Under the pieces are notes generated by a model, which was given only the letters and a program-made list of their open reading frames with translations, had not been told where the DNA came from and ran no database searches. DNA of 64,000 nucleotides from Patescibacteria group bacterium (GTDB taxonomy: Bacteria; Patescibacteriota; Microgenomatia; UBA1400; PJMF01). Shown here piece after piece: positions 9,305 through 19,229 of this stretch. A program made the translations under genes and the position numbers. The stretch covers positions 26,473-90,472 of the forward strand of contig JBGTEY010000009.1 in the NCBI GenBank assembly GCA_041747555.1, in the 5' to 3' direction. Positions within the stretch are counted from its first letter, which is position 1; every line of letters starts with the position of its first letter.

Positions 9305-10355
9305 GTTGGGGTCCTTCGTAAATCATTCCCGTAATTAATTGCACTAAATCTGCACCGAGGTTGAGTTTGGTTTGCGCATCCTGCGGTGAAAAAATTCCTC
9401 CAGTGCCGATGATTGTGAAGCGGTTTTTGAATGTTTTTCTAGTGAGGGCTATGTGCGCGTTTGATCGCTTCCAGGTTGGCTTACCGCTTAAATTGCCTTG
9501 ACTTGTTGCCCAATTTCGTCGATCATTTTCGCTGATGTCTGGGTTTGCATGGTCTTTGGTGAGGTTTCCAAAATTAACACCTGCTGCAAAGGATTGTTGC
9601 GCGACTTTGAGTAGTGCTAGAGTTTGATCTTGGGGGAGGTCGATAGGCATTTTAATATAGACAGGGTGGCTAATCGGCACAATAGTGAGTGCAGTAAGTA
9701 AGTCACTGAGGCGATCTGGTGTGGTAAATGGTTGACCACCTTTTAAATTGGGGCAACTTATATTGAGTTCGTAAAAATCATGTTCAACCTCAGACTCCTC
9801 GAAGAGCTGAAAGCTGGCTACGATGTCTGCAATTTGCCCATATTGATGTGTATATTCACGATTGGTGCTGCCAATGCTTATGCCAATTGGAATTCTGAAA
9901 ACTCGATTTGAAAGTTTTTTGATAATTGCTGGCGCACCCTGACTTTTAAAACCTTTATTAACCAAAAGTGAGTTTGAATCAGGATACCTACCAAGTCTGG
10001 GACGTTGGTTTCCCCCATATGAACGAAGTGTCACTGTACCCATCATTGCAAATCCAAAACCAAGATCTGGCAAAATATCTGGAAGAGAGCCCGTGTAGTC
10101 AAATCCAGCGGCAAGTCCAACAGGGTTTGGAAAATAAATACCGTCAAGTGTTTTTCCTAGATCTCGATGTGGGACAGAAAATAAGGCTCTTGTTAGAGAC
10201 TGTGTCATTTTTGATGTACTCAATATCTCTCCAGTGCGAACACAATTGTTGTGGACTAACTCTGGATCTACTGCAAAAAATAGAGGTTTTGCGATAGTTT
10301 TGTATGCAGCTCGAATGAGTCGCTGTTTTGTAGTGGAGTTTGGTGGTACAGTCAT
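9252..10355 (-). CDS. pyrD: Dihydroorotate dehydrogenase (quinone), class 2
   Basis: Motifs LNISCPN and IIGTGGI, FMN-binding TIM barrel, and an N-terminal membrane-association region. The 3' end overlaps the convergent upstream gene by about 53 bp. Confidence 0.8.
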   Translation of the reverse strand: MTVPPNSTTKQRLIRAAYKTIAKPLFFAVDPELVHNNCVRTGEILSTSKMTQSLTRALFSVPHRDLGKTLDGIYFPNPVGLAAGFDYTGSLPDILPDLGFGFAMMGTVTLRSYGGNQRPRLGRYPDSNSLLVNKGFKSQGAPAIIKKLSNRVFRIPIGISIGSTNREYTHQYGQIADIVASFQLFEESEVEHDFYELNISCPNLKGGQPFTTPDRLSDLLTALTIVPISHPVYIKMPIDLPQDQTLALLKVAQQSFAAGVNFGNLTKDHANPDISENDRRNWATSQGNLSGKPTWKRSNAHIALTRKTFKNRFTIIGTGGIFSPQDAQTKLNLGADLVQLITGMIYEGPQLIGEILGGLSPQEASEQ

Positions 10356-10409
10356 AGTGTAGATTGTACTCTCATCGTCAATGATGTATGAGGTGAGATT
10401 AATAGAAAG

Positions 10410-11339
10410 GTGAATATGCAGTGCGATTCCAGAAAAGTTGTGATCGTTGGCCTTGGAAATGTTGGAGTGACGGCAGCTTTTACACTGTTATTATCAGACA
10501 GTGTAGATGAAATGGTGTTACTATCAAGATCAGTTGATAAGGCGTATGGCCATAAACTCGATTTAGAACATGGGATGCCATTTTTAAACCCTGTAACAAT
10601 AAGTGCGACGGATGATTACGCAGCTGTGGCTGGTGCAGATGTGGTGGTTTTGACTGCGGGGGTTGGTCAGAAACCAGGTCAGACTCGACTCGATTTGGTC
10701 GATGCGAATAAAAAGATTTTTGAAGATATTATTCCTCAATTAAAGCCGTATGTTCAGAATGCGACTATTTTAGTTGTCAGTAATCCAGTGGATATATTAA
10801 CGTATCATGCAACGAAGCTTTTTGATCTGCCCGCTGGAAGAGTACTCGGAACCGGAACAATGCTTGATACAGCACGATTTCGGTTTCATTTGAGTGAGTT
10901 TATGGATGTTAATTCAAGGAGTATCCACGCGTATATTTTGGGCGAACATGGTGACTCCTCCTTCCCAGTCCTATCGAGTGCAAATATTGGGGGCCAGCCA
11001 CTTGCAGAATTTCCCATTTATAGTGAAGCTAAGGCAATTGAGGCATTTGAGCAGGCGAAAACTGCTGCATACAAGATTATTGAGTCAAAAGGAGCGACAT
11101 TTTATGCGATAGCCGTGGTAATTCGTCAGGCCATACAGTCGATTTTGCACGATCAACGGTCTGTGTTGCCAGTGACATCGGTTTTGGCGAAACCGTATTA
11201 TGATCAGTCTGATGTTGCTATCAGTGTTCCGTGCGTAGTTGGCAGAAATGGGGTAGAACGTGTACTGTATATTCCATTTTCAGAAAAGGAACAGAAGCAA
11301 TTTGCTAAATCTGCTGTCACTATTAAGGAATTTTGTTAA
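10410..11339 (+). CDS. ldh: L-lactate dehydrogenase (LDH/MDH superfamily)
   Basis: Rossmann GxGxxG motif (VVIVGLGNVGVTAAF) and the catalytic-His motif ILGEHGDSS. Confidence 0.8.
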   Translation: MNMQCDSRKVVIVGLGNVGVTAAFTLLLSDSVDEMVLLSRSVDKAYGHKLDLEHGMPFLNPVTISATDDYAAVAGADVVVLTAGVGQKPGQTRLDLVDANKKIFEDIIPQLKPYVQNATILVVSNPVDILTYHATKLFDLPAGRVLGTGTMLDTARFRFHLSEFMDVNSRSIHAYILGEHGDSSFPVLSSANIGGQPLAEFPIYSEAKAIEAFEQAKTAAYKIIESKGATFYAIAVVIRQAIQSILHDQRSVLPVTSVLAKPYYDQSDVAISVPCVVGRNGVERVLYIPFSEKEQKQFAKSAVTIKEFC

Positions 11340-11378
11340 AATTGAAAAAAAGTCTTCAATTTGTAAGAAAGAACTGTC

Positions 11379-11747
11379 ATGATTTCTGAAGAAAACCAAC
11401 CACCGCTTTCCATCAAGAAATGTGTTCCTTGCACAGGTGCAGAGGATCCATTGGCTCAAGCAGAGATTGAGTTGTATCTTCAGCAAGTTCCAGCATGGAA
11501 ACTACTGCACGAGCCAGATAGGATTGCACGGACGATACAGACACAAGATTTTATGGATGCGGTGACTCAGATTCAAAACATCGCTCGGCTTGCGGAGCAA
11601 GAAGGACACCACCCAAATATAGCAATCAAAAATTACAACCAACTCACTATCGAACTATTCACACATAAGATTATGGGATTGCACGTGAATGATTTCATTC
11701 TTGCAACCAAGATCGATCAGGCTCTCAATCCTGATACAATAGACTAG
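11379..11747 (+). CDS. Pterin-4-alpha-carbinolamine dehydratase (PCD/DCoH)
   Basis: Signature EGHHPNI ([E]-x(3)-H-H-P); the protein is about 120 aa. Confidence 0.8.
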   Translation: MISEENQPPLSIKKCVPCTGAEDPLAQAEIELYLQQVPAWKLLHEPDRIARTIQTQDFMDAVTQIQNIARLAEQEGHHPNIAIKNYNQLTIELFTHKIMGLHVNDFILATKIDQALNPDTID

Positions 11748-12848
11748 ATGAAATGGCCACTTGTTCGACGATTAGCAATCATTGCCTTCTTTTTGGGATT
11801 GAATATTGTTTTGGGAATGCGTTTTTTGCGAGAAGCCCAGAGTCAGGTGCATCCAATTGTCACGACCATTTTGAGGCAATTTGGAGTGGCAACAAACCAC
11901 CCAGAATGGGTTGAGGAGTTCATTCCCGCTACTGATCTCGAAGAAATTACCATTGATCCACTTGAGGTGGCAGAAAGCGTAAATCGCAGACGAGTACTTG
12001 ATGGAGTCCCCGCGCTTGAGTTTAATACTAAGCTTGCATCTGCCGCGGCGATACTCCTCGATGAGTTGCGAGAGGATGAGTACAATTTAGAAAGAGAGCT
12101 CAATTCGGATTCATTGAAAGACGCACTTGATGAAACTGGGTACGAGTACGAATGGGTGAGCCACAATGCGCTAGTCGGACCGCTCTCAACTCAGGCGATT
12201 ATGACCGGTTGGTTCTCGAGTAACACTCAGACAGAGGCATTGCTCAATCCCGAATTTACCGAACAAGGAATTGCCATCGCTGTGATAAAAAATGACGAAC
12301 TTGGGACCGTTGGCGTCACCGTTCAACTACTTGCGCGGCCAATGGACGAGGGAGTTGTTCCGGCTGCAGGGGGAGCGACACAACCCAACACAGGTTCCCC
12401 AAGTAGTCAGCCAAAACCTACCGCTCCGCCCCCTAACATTGGTGATACAGAAGTACTTCTTGCGCTCAACGCATATCGACAGTCTCACGGTGTTCATCAG
12501 TTGGTTCAGCATGATCAGCTTTGTAGGTATGCAGAAAAAAGAGTTCAAGACTTGATAGCGCACGGTAGTTTAGATAGTCATGCAGGATTTAGGAGCGATT
12601 TTGATGGTGGATACCCGCCACAACTCGAAGGATATCCAGGTGGCACCATCGGTGAAAATTTGGCACACCAATTTTGCAGAAATATGACAACGGGAGATTC
12701 GTTTGTTGCTCAATCTGGCACTGCGCTTATTGAATGGTGTTTTGATTCATCTACTTCTGGGCATCGTGAGGCACAATTGAATCCTCGCTATAACAATGTC
12801 TGCGTTCGACATGGTGAGAATATGTATGTGATTATTTTTGGCGACTAA
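11748..12848 (+). CDS. Membrane-anchored CAP (SCP/PR-1/YkwD-like) domain protein
   Basis: N-terminal TM anchor. C-terminal SGHREAQLNPRYNNVCVRHG matches the CAP S-x-G-H-x-x-N-I-L-x-P motif, and a second CAP-like module lies upstream. Confidence 0.55.
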   Translation: MKWPLVRRLAIIAFFLGLNIVLGMRFLREAQSQVHPIVTTILRQFGVATNHPEWVEEFIPATDLEEITIDPLEVAESVNRRRVLDGVPALEFNTKLASAAAILLDELREDEYNLERELNSDSLKDALDETGYEYEWVSHNALVGPLSTQAIMTGWFSSNTQTEALLNPEFTEQGIAIAVIKNDELGTVGVTVQLLARPMDEGVVPAAGGATQPNTGSPSSQPKPTAPPPNIGDTEVLLALNAYRQSHGVHQLVQHDQLCRYAEKRVQDLIAHGSLDSHAGFRSDFDGGYPPQLEGYPGGTIGENLAHQFCRNMTTGDSFVAQSGTALIEWCFDSSTSGHREAQLNPRYNNVCVRHGENMYVIIFGD

Positions 12849-12866
12849 ATCCGTGTTTTTTTAGAG

Positions 12867-13961
12867 TCAAACTCGAATAAGGCACGATACTTTCCGGAAC
12901 GGAAAGGAAATCGTGAGGGTAAAACAATCGACTAGGGTTCGCAGAAATATGGAAATGTTTTCAGGAAACAGCCAGTATGATTGGTTAATGAAAACACTAG
13001 AGAATTCACTGAGGTTTGATAAATCAGATCCGGCAAAATTTAGACTTCATGTCTTGGAGCACTACTACAAATATGGCTGGAAGCCAACAGTTGAGGCTTT
13101 TAAAATTGGCAAATCAACTTTGTATGATTGGAAACAGGAATACGAAAAATCTGGTAAGAAGTTATTATCGCTTGTGCCCAAAAAGACACGACCAAAACGT
13201 GTCAGACAGATGACTACAGATTGGAGATTAATACAGTTTATTCGTGAATTTAGAGATCAACATGGCAATATTGGAAGAGAAAAGATAAAAATATTTCTCG
13301 ATGAATATGCTGTCGAATTAAGAATTAATTCAATTAGTCATCGCACCATCACAAAAATAATTAAACGAAAAAACTTGTATTTTGATCCACCCAAAAAAGC
13401 AAAGAGGAAGAATAAGTTTAGTCGAGATAGAACAAAAAAATCTCCAAAAGTAACAGCTCCAGGATATGTTGAAATGGACTCAGTTATAGTGTATATCGAC
13501 ACTATTCGACATAATTTTATGTGCTGCATTGATATTTTTACCAAATTTGCTCATGTCAGGAAAGTAAAAACGCTTTCAAGTTTACAAGCAAAAATCACAT
13601 TTGAAGAATTTCAACAATTATCGCCACATAAAATTCACACAGTACAAACTGATAATGGTTCTGAATTCTTCAAAACGTTTCATCAATATCTTGAAGGACA
13701 AGAAATCAAACACCAATTTATTTATCCCAAATCACCCAAAATTAATGGTGTAGTAGAGCGGTTTAATAGAACGATTCAAGAAGAATTTATCAACAGAAAT
13801 GATGAGATCTACTTTGATTTAGAAGCATTTCAAGTTAAACTAATTGAGTACTTAAATTGGTACAACAATAAACGACCACATGCGGCATTAAATTACCAGT
13901 CGCCAATGCAATTTATTAACAACAGTTTTCCGAAAAGTATGTGCCTCTAACAAAACTTTGA
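12867..13961. mobile_element. IS481-family insertion sequence (~1.1 kb), apparently complete
   Basis: Single rve-type transposase ORF flanked by imperfect terminal inverted repeats of about 31 bp: left tcaaactcgaataaggcacgatactttccgg, and right (reverse complement) tcaaagttttgttagaggcacatacttttcgg. The right repeat overlaps the transposase stop codon. Confidence 0.6.
12913..13950 (+). CDS. DDE transposase, IS481 family (N-terminal HTH plus rve integrase core)
   Basis: Catalytic-core motifs HTVQTDNGSEF and PKSPKINGVVERFNRTIQEEF (D, D-x-NG-x-EF, and the conserved E). Confidence 0.8.
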   Translation: MRVKQSTRVRRNMEMFSGNSQYDWLMKTLENSLRFDKSDPAKFRLHVLEHYYKYGWKPTVEAFKIGKSTLYDWKQEYEKSGKKLLSLVPKKTRPKRVRQMTTDWRLIQFIREFRDQHGNIGREKIKIFLDEYAVELRINSISHRTITKIIKRKNLYFDPPKKAKRKNKFSRDRTKKSPKVTAPGYVEMDSVIVYIDTIRHNFMCCIDIFTKFAHVRKVKTLSSLQAKITFEEFQQLSPHKIHTVQTDNGSEFFKTFHQYLEGQEIKHQFIYPKSPKINGVVERFNRTIQEEFINRNDEIYFDLEAFQVKLIEYLNWYNNKRPHAALNYQSPMQFINNSFPKSMCL

Positions 13962-14431
13962 CGACAGCCCCATTTTCTGATACTATAGGCATAAGCAGTT
14001 TTATACTGTCTTCCATGTCTAAAACAACAATCACCGAGCTCGAACAATCTGCAAACACCGTACTTCACCGATGCGCTACTATTTTTCCATTTAAAATTTT
14101 CCCTACAACTATAGAAGTCACACCGACCAAAGTAAGCATCAAAGAAATGATTCTGCCATTTTCATCGACGCTCAATCATATTCTCATTAAAGATCTAGTA
14201 AATGTTCAGGTGGAGACGAATCCGTTTTTTGCTCGACTACAATTTGAAATACGATTCAAAGAGAAGAACCCTAACCCCATTTCATTTCTCGAAAAAGAAA
14301 GCGCTAAAGAATTAGCAAATATCGTAACGGGACTCATTGAAGCTCGTGGCGAAGATGTCGATGTTTCTGATGTTGGTGACCCTGTTGAAAGAGAAAAGTT
14401 GCGATCTGCAGGTGATTCTCAAACGTTATAA
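13958..14431 (+). CDS. Hypothetical protein (possible bacterial PH-like domain)
   Basis: ORF only. Contains a PFFARLQF motif reminiscent of the graspetide leader motif, but the ORF is 157 aa and has no adjacent MdnC-type ligase. Confidence 0.35.
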   Translation: MTTAPFSDTIGISSFILSSMSKTTITELEQSANTVLHRCATIFPFKIFPTTIEVTPTKVSIKEMILPFSSTLNHILIKDLVNVQVETNPFFARLQFEIRFKEKNPNPISFLEKESAKELANIVTGLIEARGEDVDVSDVGDPVEREKLRSAGDSQTL

Positions 14432-14646
14432 GCGTTCCTCAAAAAAATCAACCGTCCGGCTCATTGCTTGGGAAAAAGCGGTTCCGGTTATGTTGTGTCC
14501 ACTAAGTGCAATAAACTCATGGTAAAGCCACACGCTAATACCCAATGATAGTAAAAAAAGAGCAATACTGAATAGATTTCTATAGATAGTCATTGTGATT
14601 TGCTATCCTTAGCGTGAGGTATGCCAGAAAATGAGTAGACCATCAG

Positions 14647-15921
14647 GTGTATACTATAGCGATGCAATCACCAAACGTTGTCGGCTATGTGGGGAAACCT
14701 TATCTTGAGTTTATTCAGTGGCTTCATGAGCATGGTTTTGAAGTTCATTTATTTCATGATGCCAAGCAGCCAATTCGTGGGGAAGACAGCCTAACTGATC
14801 TCATTAGTGCTACCCACTTACTAGATTTTTCTAACCGCGAAATATTCCTAAAACAAGTGGAGTTGCTCACGGTTTCACCTGCTTTTTTTGTAAACGTTTT
14901 TGAAAATGCAGTGGTACCAAAAACATGGCTCACAGAGCATTTTTCATTACCTGGAATCACCCTTGAGGCAGCTGAGCGTGCTACAGATAAAAGTTTGATG
15001 AGACAGGCCTTTGCGACTCAGTGCGCAGAGTACTCTGCGTACTTCAAAACAATTACTAGCTGGGAAGATATTGAATCAGCGCTTGAAAATAAATCATTTC
15101 ATTTCCCGCTGATTCTCAAACCAACTAATCTTTTTAAAAGTTTACTAGTTACCAAGAGCAACACCGCAAAAGAGCTCAAAAAAAACTTTGATGACAGCCT
15201 CGCCATCATTCAATCAATCTATACAAAAGAACATGTCAGTCGAACTCCAAGTTTTGTTCTAGAAGAGTATCTTGATGGTCCATCCTTCTCGCTAGAAGTG
15301 TTTGTTAATGGTGAGGGAAAAATGGTTAGTGCGCCTTCACCAGTTGATTTGGTGATGGGTAAGGATCTTTCAATAGATGACAACTACAATTATTCAAGAA
15401 AGTTGCCAACCACACTCACAACCAATGAACAACAAGAACTACAACAAGCAGCGTTTGCTGGTGTTCGGGCACTTGAACTTTTTAATAGTCCAGCTCACGT
15501 TGAGCTGGTGTATACCAAAAATGGACCCAAAATTATTGAAATTGGCGCTCGAACTGGTGGATACAGAGCAAGAATGTATAAGCTTGCCCACGGTGTCGAC
15601 TTGTTCCAAGCTCAAATAGATGTTGCACAGGGAAAACTCCCCAATTTAGCTCCCCAAGTAGCAAACTACTGCGCCGTGTATGAATTATTTCCACTTTCGA
15701 AGGGGCATTTTCAGGCCATATCGGATATAGACCAAGTCATGCAAAGTAGCACGTTGTATTATTCTGCTGTACCAGCGAAGTTTGGTGAGTTGGTTGGTCC
15801 ATCAAAAGACGGTTTTCGTTTCAGTGGAGTCTTTATTTTTGCGTCAAATGACGAAGTCTTATTTAAGGAAGAAACTAGTTTCTTCGAACAGCATGCCAAA
15901 GTACTTACGTCATCAGTGTAA
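14647..15921 (+). CDS. ATP-grasp domain ligase (L-amino-acid-ligase/PurK-like)
   Basis: FHFPLILKPTNLFKS, EEYLDGPSFSLEVFV, and HVELVYTKNGPKIIEIGARTGG (the ATP-grasp C-terminal signature). Confidence 0.65.
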   Translation: MYTIAMQSPNVVGYVGKPYLEFIQWLHEHGFEVHLFHDAKQPIRGEDSLTDLISATHLLDFSNREIFLKQVELLTVSPAFFVNVFENAVVPKTWLTEHFSLPGITLEAAERATDKSLMRQAFATQCAEYSAYFKTITSWEDIESALENKSFHFPLILKPTNLFKSLLVTKSNTAKELKKNFDDSLAIIQSIYTKEHVSRTPSFVLEEYLDGPSFSLEVFVNGEGKMVSAPSPVDLVMGKDLSIDDNYNYSRKLPTTLTTNEQQELQQAAFAGVRALELFNSPAHVELVYTKNGPKIIEIGARTGGYRARMYKLAHGVDLFQAQIDVAQGKLPNLAPQVANYCAVYELFPLSKGHFQAISDIDQVMQSSTLYYSAVPAKFGELVGPSKDGFRFSGVFIFASNDEVLFKEETSFFEQHAKVLTSSV

Positions 15922-16899
15922 GTGATTAAACGAAAAAATTTCCCGCATTCTGTTTAAATACTTTTTTTCATCTGATAGAAATGGTGGTAGGTACGCAGGC
16001 TCTGCAACATTTGCTTTTAGAGTGTTGATATCAGCAATCGCAATTTTTCCTAAGTATAAAAATTTCACTAACGTTGGATTCAGTGTGATCCACTCAGCAA
16101 CTGCAATCGCTCCACTGAGATAGGTCTGATCCTTAAAAAAACCACCGGGCTGACTTGTATCGGTCAACCCTCTTTTAGCGCGGACACTTAACTCCCATCG
16201 TCTCCCAGGATCAGCAACAAATTTTTCTAAATCAGAAAAAAGTGAAGAAAATGATTTTTCTTTTGCTGTTGCTACCGTGTAGTAGTACAAAGCTGGCGTC
16301 CAGAGATACGGTGCTTTATTTTCTAGTAATGTATGAAATGAAGCTAAGCCTTCTTCTGTTTCACGAAAATCATGCAAATCTGGTGATCTTTCGATCTGTT
16401 GCCAAACGAGCTCATCATTCCGCCATCGGTACAGATGGGTTCCAATTTCATGATGGAGCATGCCTCGCAGCGAAAATGCTCTGTACTCAATAGGTTTTCT
16501 AATTCTTAACTCATATCCAGATTCAACTTTTTCTAATGCTGTTCGAGAAGAATAATCGGTAGAAAGAACTAAATTGACTATATTGTGTACGCCACTTTCA
16601 GTTAAATAGGAATTAATTTGAGATAAAACGCTTTCTTCTGGCAGTACATCACCCTCTGTTTTAAATAAATAAGCTTCTTCAGTGCCAAACTGAGCCAATG
16701 TATCTTCTAAAGTGCGAGTTGCTACTGCAAGATGTGTCGTCTCTAGTAATCCTTGGTACGGCGGTTGATCAAAAGAGATGGGTATACTGTACTTAAATTG
16801 TGGATTATAATTTTGATCAGTAAAAAAACGCTCTTTTTCTTCAAGTATATTTGTGGGGACTAAGTTGCGTAAATAATTTTGAAATATAGCTAAAGACAT
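15913..16899 (-). CDS. DUF1704 / QEGLA-motif protein (putative Tyr/Phe carboxypeptidase-like metallohydrolase)
   Basis: HHEIGTH (HExxxH-like) motif and an EEGLA motif, matching the QEGLA family hallmark. Confidence 0.65.
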   Translation of the reverse strand: MSLAIFQNYLRNLVPTNILEEKERFFTDQNYNPQFKYSIPISFDQPPYQGLLETTHLAVATRTLEDTLAQFGTEEAYLFKTEGDVLPEESVLSQINSYLTESGVHNIVNLVLSTDYSSRTALEKVESGYELRIRKPIEYRAFSLRGMLHHEIGTHLYRWRNDELVWQQIERSPDLHDFRETEEGLASFHTLLENKAPYLWTPALYYYTVATAKEKSFSSLFSDLEKFVADPGRRWELSVRAKRGLTDTSQPGGFFKDQTYLSGAIAVAEWITLNPTLVKFLYLGKIAIADINTLKANVAEPAYLPPFLSDEKKYLNRMREIFSFNHLH

Positions 16900-16928
16900 A
16901 GAGTGATAGTATACTTTATGTTTGATAT

Positions 16929-17963
16929 ATGCGACACCTTTTTAAAAATTTTACCGAAAATATTGAGTCAAATATTATCCTGACCGCAGCAGAACTAAGG
17001 GGGTGGGAAGTAAGTGTTTTACTCAATGGAACAACTCCATTATCTGAAATTCGGAAAAATGAACTTGTGTATCGAGTTCTTGGAGGTCGTTTTTCGGTGA
17101 ATAGTAGTATTTCGACGAGCATCTCAAACAATAAATTTCTAACACAATCTCTTTTGGAGAAAGCTCATGTATATGGCACCAATGCCAAGTTGTATTCTAT
17201 TTCAGAATTAAGTGACCAAGAATGCCAAGCACTTTTAGAAAAATTTTCTAAACTGGTGGTAAAGCCTGTTGATCAAAACAACGGTGTTGGTATAACAGTT
17301 GGTTTAATAGACCTGGCCTCGATCAAACGAGCGATCAATAAAGTAAGTGAGCTTGGTTCTAAACAAGTGTTGATTGAGCAGCATATCGACACCATTAGTG
17401 AGTATCGCATTATTTTGTGGAAAGGTGAAATTATTGATGTTTTGCATCGTATTCCTGCCTTTGTAGTAGGTGATGGTGTAAGTACGATTCAACAACTTAT
17501 TGAACAGAAAAATGCGTATCGTTTTGAGAATTTTGGCACCGTGTTTGAACCAATTATTATTGATGAGGATTTGAGCATGCTTCTTGCAGGCACTGGCAAT
17601 AGTCTTGATTCTGTACTACCCGAGAACGGGTACCTTAGTGTGAAAAACACCTGCAATCTTTCTCAAGGAGGTGAAGTTAAGCGCATCGATCCTTTAAGTG
17701 TTCATCCAGATTACAGAGATATTTTTAAAAGAATATATGAAAAAACTTGGTTAAATTATTGCGGCGCTGATCTCATCACACCAGATATACACGCGGCGCC
17801 AATTCCAGGAAAATCTGCTATCAATGAACTCAATGGAGGGCCGGGGATTACCCTTGCGTTTTATGATGATGTGGCTACGAATCGAATGTATTTTGGTATG
17901 TTTCAGTTGCTTGCAAAGATGGAAAGTGATCCGGTTCAGGTGTTTGGAGCAGGGGGGATCTGA
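16929..17963 (+). CDS. RimK/cyanophycin-synthetase-like ATP-grasp ligase (alpha-L-glutamate-ligase-related)
   Basis: KLVVKPVDQNNGVGI and VVGDGVSTIQQLIEQKN, with cyanophycin-synthetase N-terminal-like ATP-grasp architecture. Confidence 0.65.
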   Translation: MRHLFKNFTENIESNIILTAAELRGWEVSVLLNGTTPLSEIRKNELVYRVLGGRFSVNSSISTSISNNKFLTQSLLEKAHVYGTNAKLYSISELSDQECQALLEKFSKLVVKPVDQNNGVGITVGLIDLASIKRAINKVSELGSKQVLIEQHIDTISEYRIILWKGEIIDVLHRIPAFVVGDGVSTIQQLIEQKNAYRFENFGTVFEPIIIDEDLSMLLAGTGNSLDSVLPENGYLSVKNTCNLSQGGEVKRIDPLSVHPDYRDIFKRIYEKTWLNYCGADLITPDIHAAPIPGKSAINELNGGPGITLAFYDDVATNRMYFGMFQLLAKMESDPVQVFGAGGI

Positions 17964-17975
17964 GTGCTGTGAAAT

Positions 17976-17992
17976 CGGAAGCGGTGGGATTC
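17976..17992. repeat. attL: 17-bp exact direct repeat (CGGAAGCGGTGGGATTC), the displaced 3' end of tRNA-Ser(GCT)
   Basis: Identical 17-mer at about 35716..35732 inside the 3' end of tRNA-Ser(GCT). It lies 12 bp downstream of the ATP-grasp stop codon. Confidence 0.65.
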
Positions 17993-18203
17993 ACCCGACT
18001 CAGGCACAATGCGGAGCACCTGGGTCTGGAACCCAACTGTCCTTATAACACTGTCTCATTCCAGAAGGCAACTCCAGGCTAATTGTATCAAAAATGAGAC
18101 AAATGGGACACTATAAAAAAGGAGTGTCTTAGAACCAGATGATATGGTTTGATATCTTTATGGCTGGCATCCAGGCTAATCAATGCGATACAATTAGGAA
18201 AGT

Positions 18204-19229
18204 ATGAGCACATCCTATAAACAAATTTCTTTGCTTCCCTGGTTAGAACTTGTAGATATTCAGATTGGCAATGCTATTTTTTGGAAATATGATACCTCGG
18301 TCATAAGTGACGGTGACACTAAAGCATATTTGGATGAGTATGTGAGGTGTTACGTCGATAAGCACCAGAAACCAGTAAAAACGCTCAGTATTGCTTCATA
18401 CAAGTATAAGAACTACTTTGAACCACTGACTGCTGAAGAGTATCAGGAACTGAATTTTGCCCGCAACATCCTGTGTTTCCTATGTGTCGGCGAACAATCA
18501 AGAATTGCTTTGGCAAACAAAAATAGCAGCATTGGCCCCCCAAGTAGTGATATCTTTGACATGGTTTCTCAGAACTTTATACCCGGAACGAAAGATATTG
18601 CAGTTAAATCTGGAAGCATGACGAGCGGAGGGTGGACGTTGGACGAAATTCATTTTCAGGAGCCTTGGTCTACTGGTGGATTTTTCAAAAATCTAAACAG
18701 ACATGTACTGGAAGCAATTAATAAGCTTCTTACTCTTCCAGAACACGAAGATTTTAAAAATAGACTATTGCGATCTAGCGAATGGTTTCGACTAGCCCAT
18801 CTAGAAAATGGGTCAATATCTCCATTCTTTAGAGCAGTAATGATGGCAACTGCGTTTGAAATTATTTTTGACATTCCTAATGTTAGAGACAAGGCAGGCT
18901 TTCTCTCGGATAAAATTGATGAGACGATTGCTCGAGACAGTTTCATTCAAGCTACTAGGCAATATGGAAAGAATAACGAGAAAAGTAAGACAAGAAGTGT
19001 TGCCGCTTGGTGGGGATGGGATTTCTATAAACTAAGAAATTCAGTTGTCCATGGAGATAATATCCCCATGAGCGATTTGATTTATTCAGACTGGATTACT
19101 CACACTATTGTCGCAGATATGATGTTTTACGCTTACGTTGTTTACTTATTGCAAGAGGCTGGTTGTATGACTGACAAATATAAGGCGCCAGAATTTTCCG
19201 AGGTGTTTAAACTGTTTAAGTGGTTATGA
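18204..19229 (+). CDS. Hypothetical protein, possible Abi-like/HEPN-type abortive infection protein
   Basis: C-terminal LRNSVVHGDN fits the HEPN R-x4-6-H motif seen in the Abi_2 family. The assignment is weak. Confidence 0.4.
   Translation: MSTSYKQISLLPWLELVDIQIGNAIFWKYDTSVISDGDTKAYLDEYVRCYVDKHQKPVKTLSIASYKYKNYFEPLTAEEYQELNFARNILCFLCVGEQSRIALANKNSSIGPPSSDIFDMVSQNFIPGTKDIAVKSGSMTSGGWTLDEIHFQEPWSTGGFFKNLNRHVLEAINKLLTLPEHEDFKNRLLRSSEWFRLAHLENGSISPFFRAVMMATAFEIIFDIPNVRDKAGFLSDKIDETIARDSFIQATRQYGKNNEKSKTRSVAAWWGWDFYKLRNSVVHGDNIPMSDLIYSDWITHTIVADMMFYAYVVYLLQEAGCMTDKYKAPEFSEVFKLFKWL

Noticed and set aside
13958-14431. PFFARLQF motif in a 157-aa ORF as a second graspetide precursor
   Set aside because: The ORF is far longer than typical precursors, lacks a Thr/Asp-rich C-terminal core, and no MdnC-type ligase is adjacent (the neighbouring ATP-grasp is PurK/Lal-like). 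Kept only as a note inside the ATP-grasp cluster finding.
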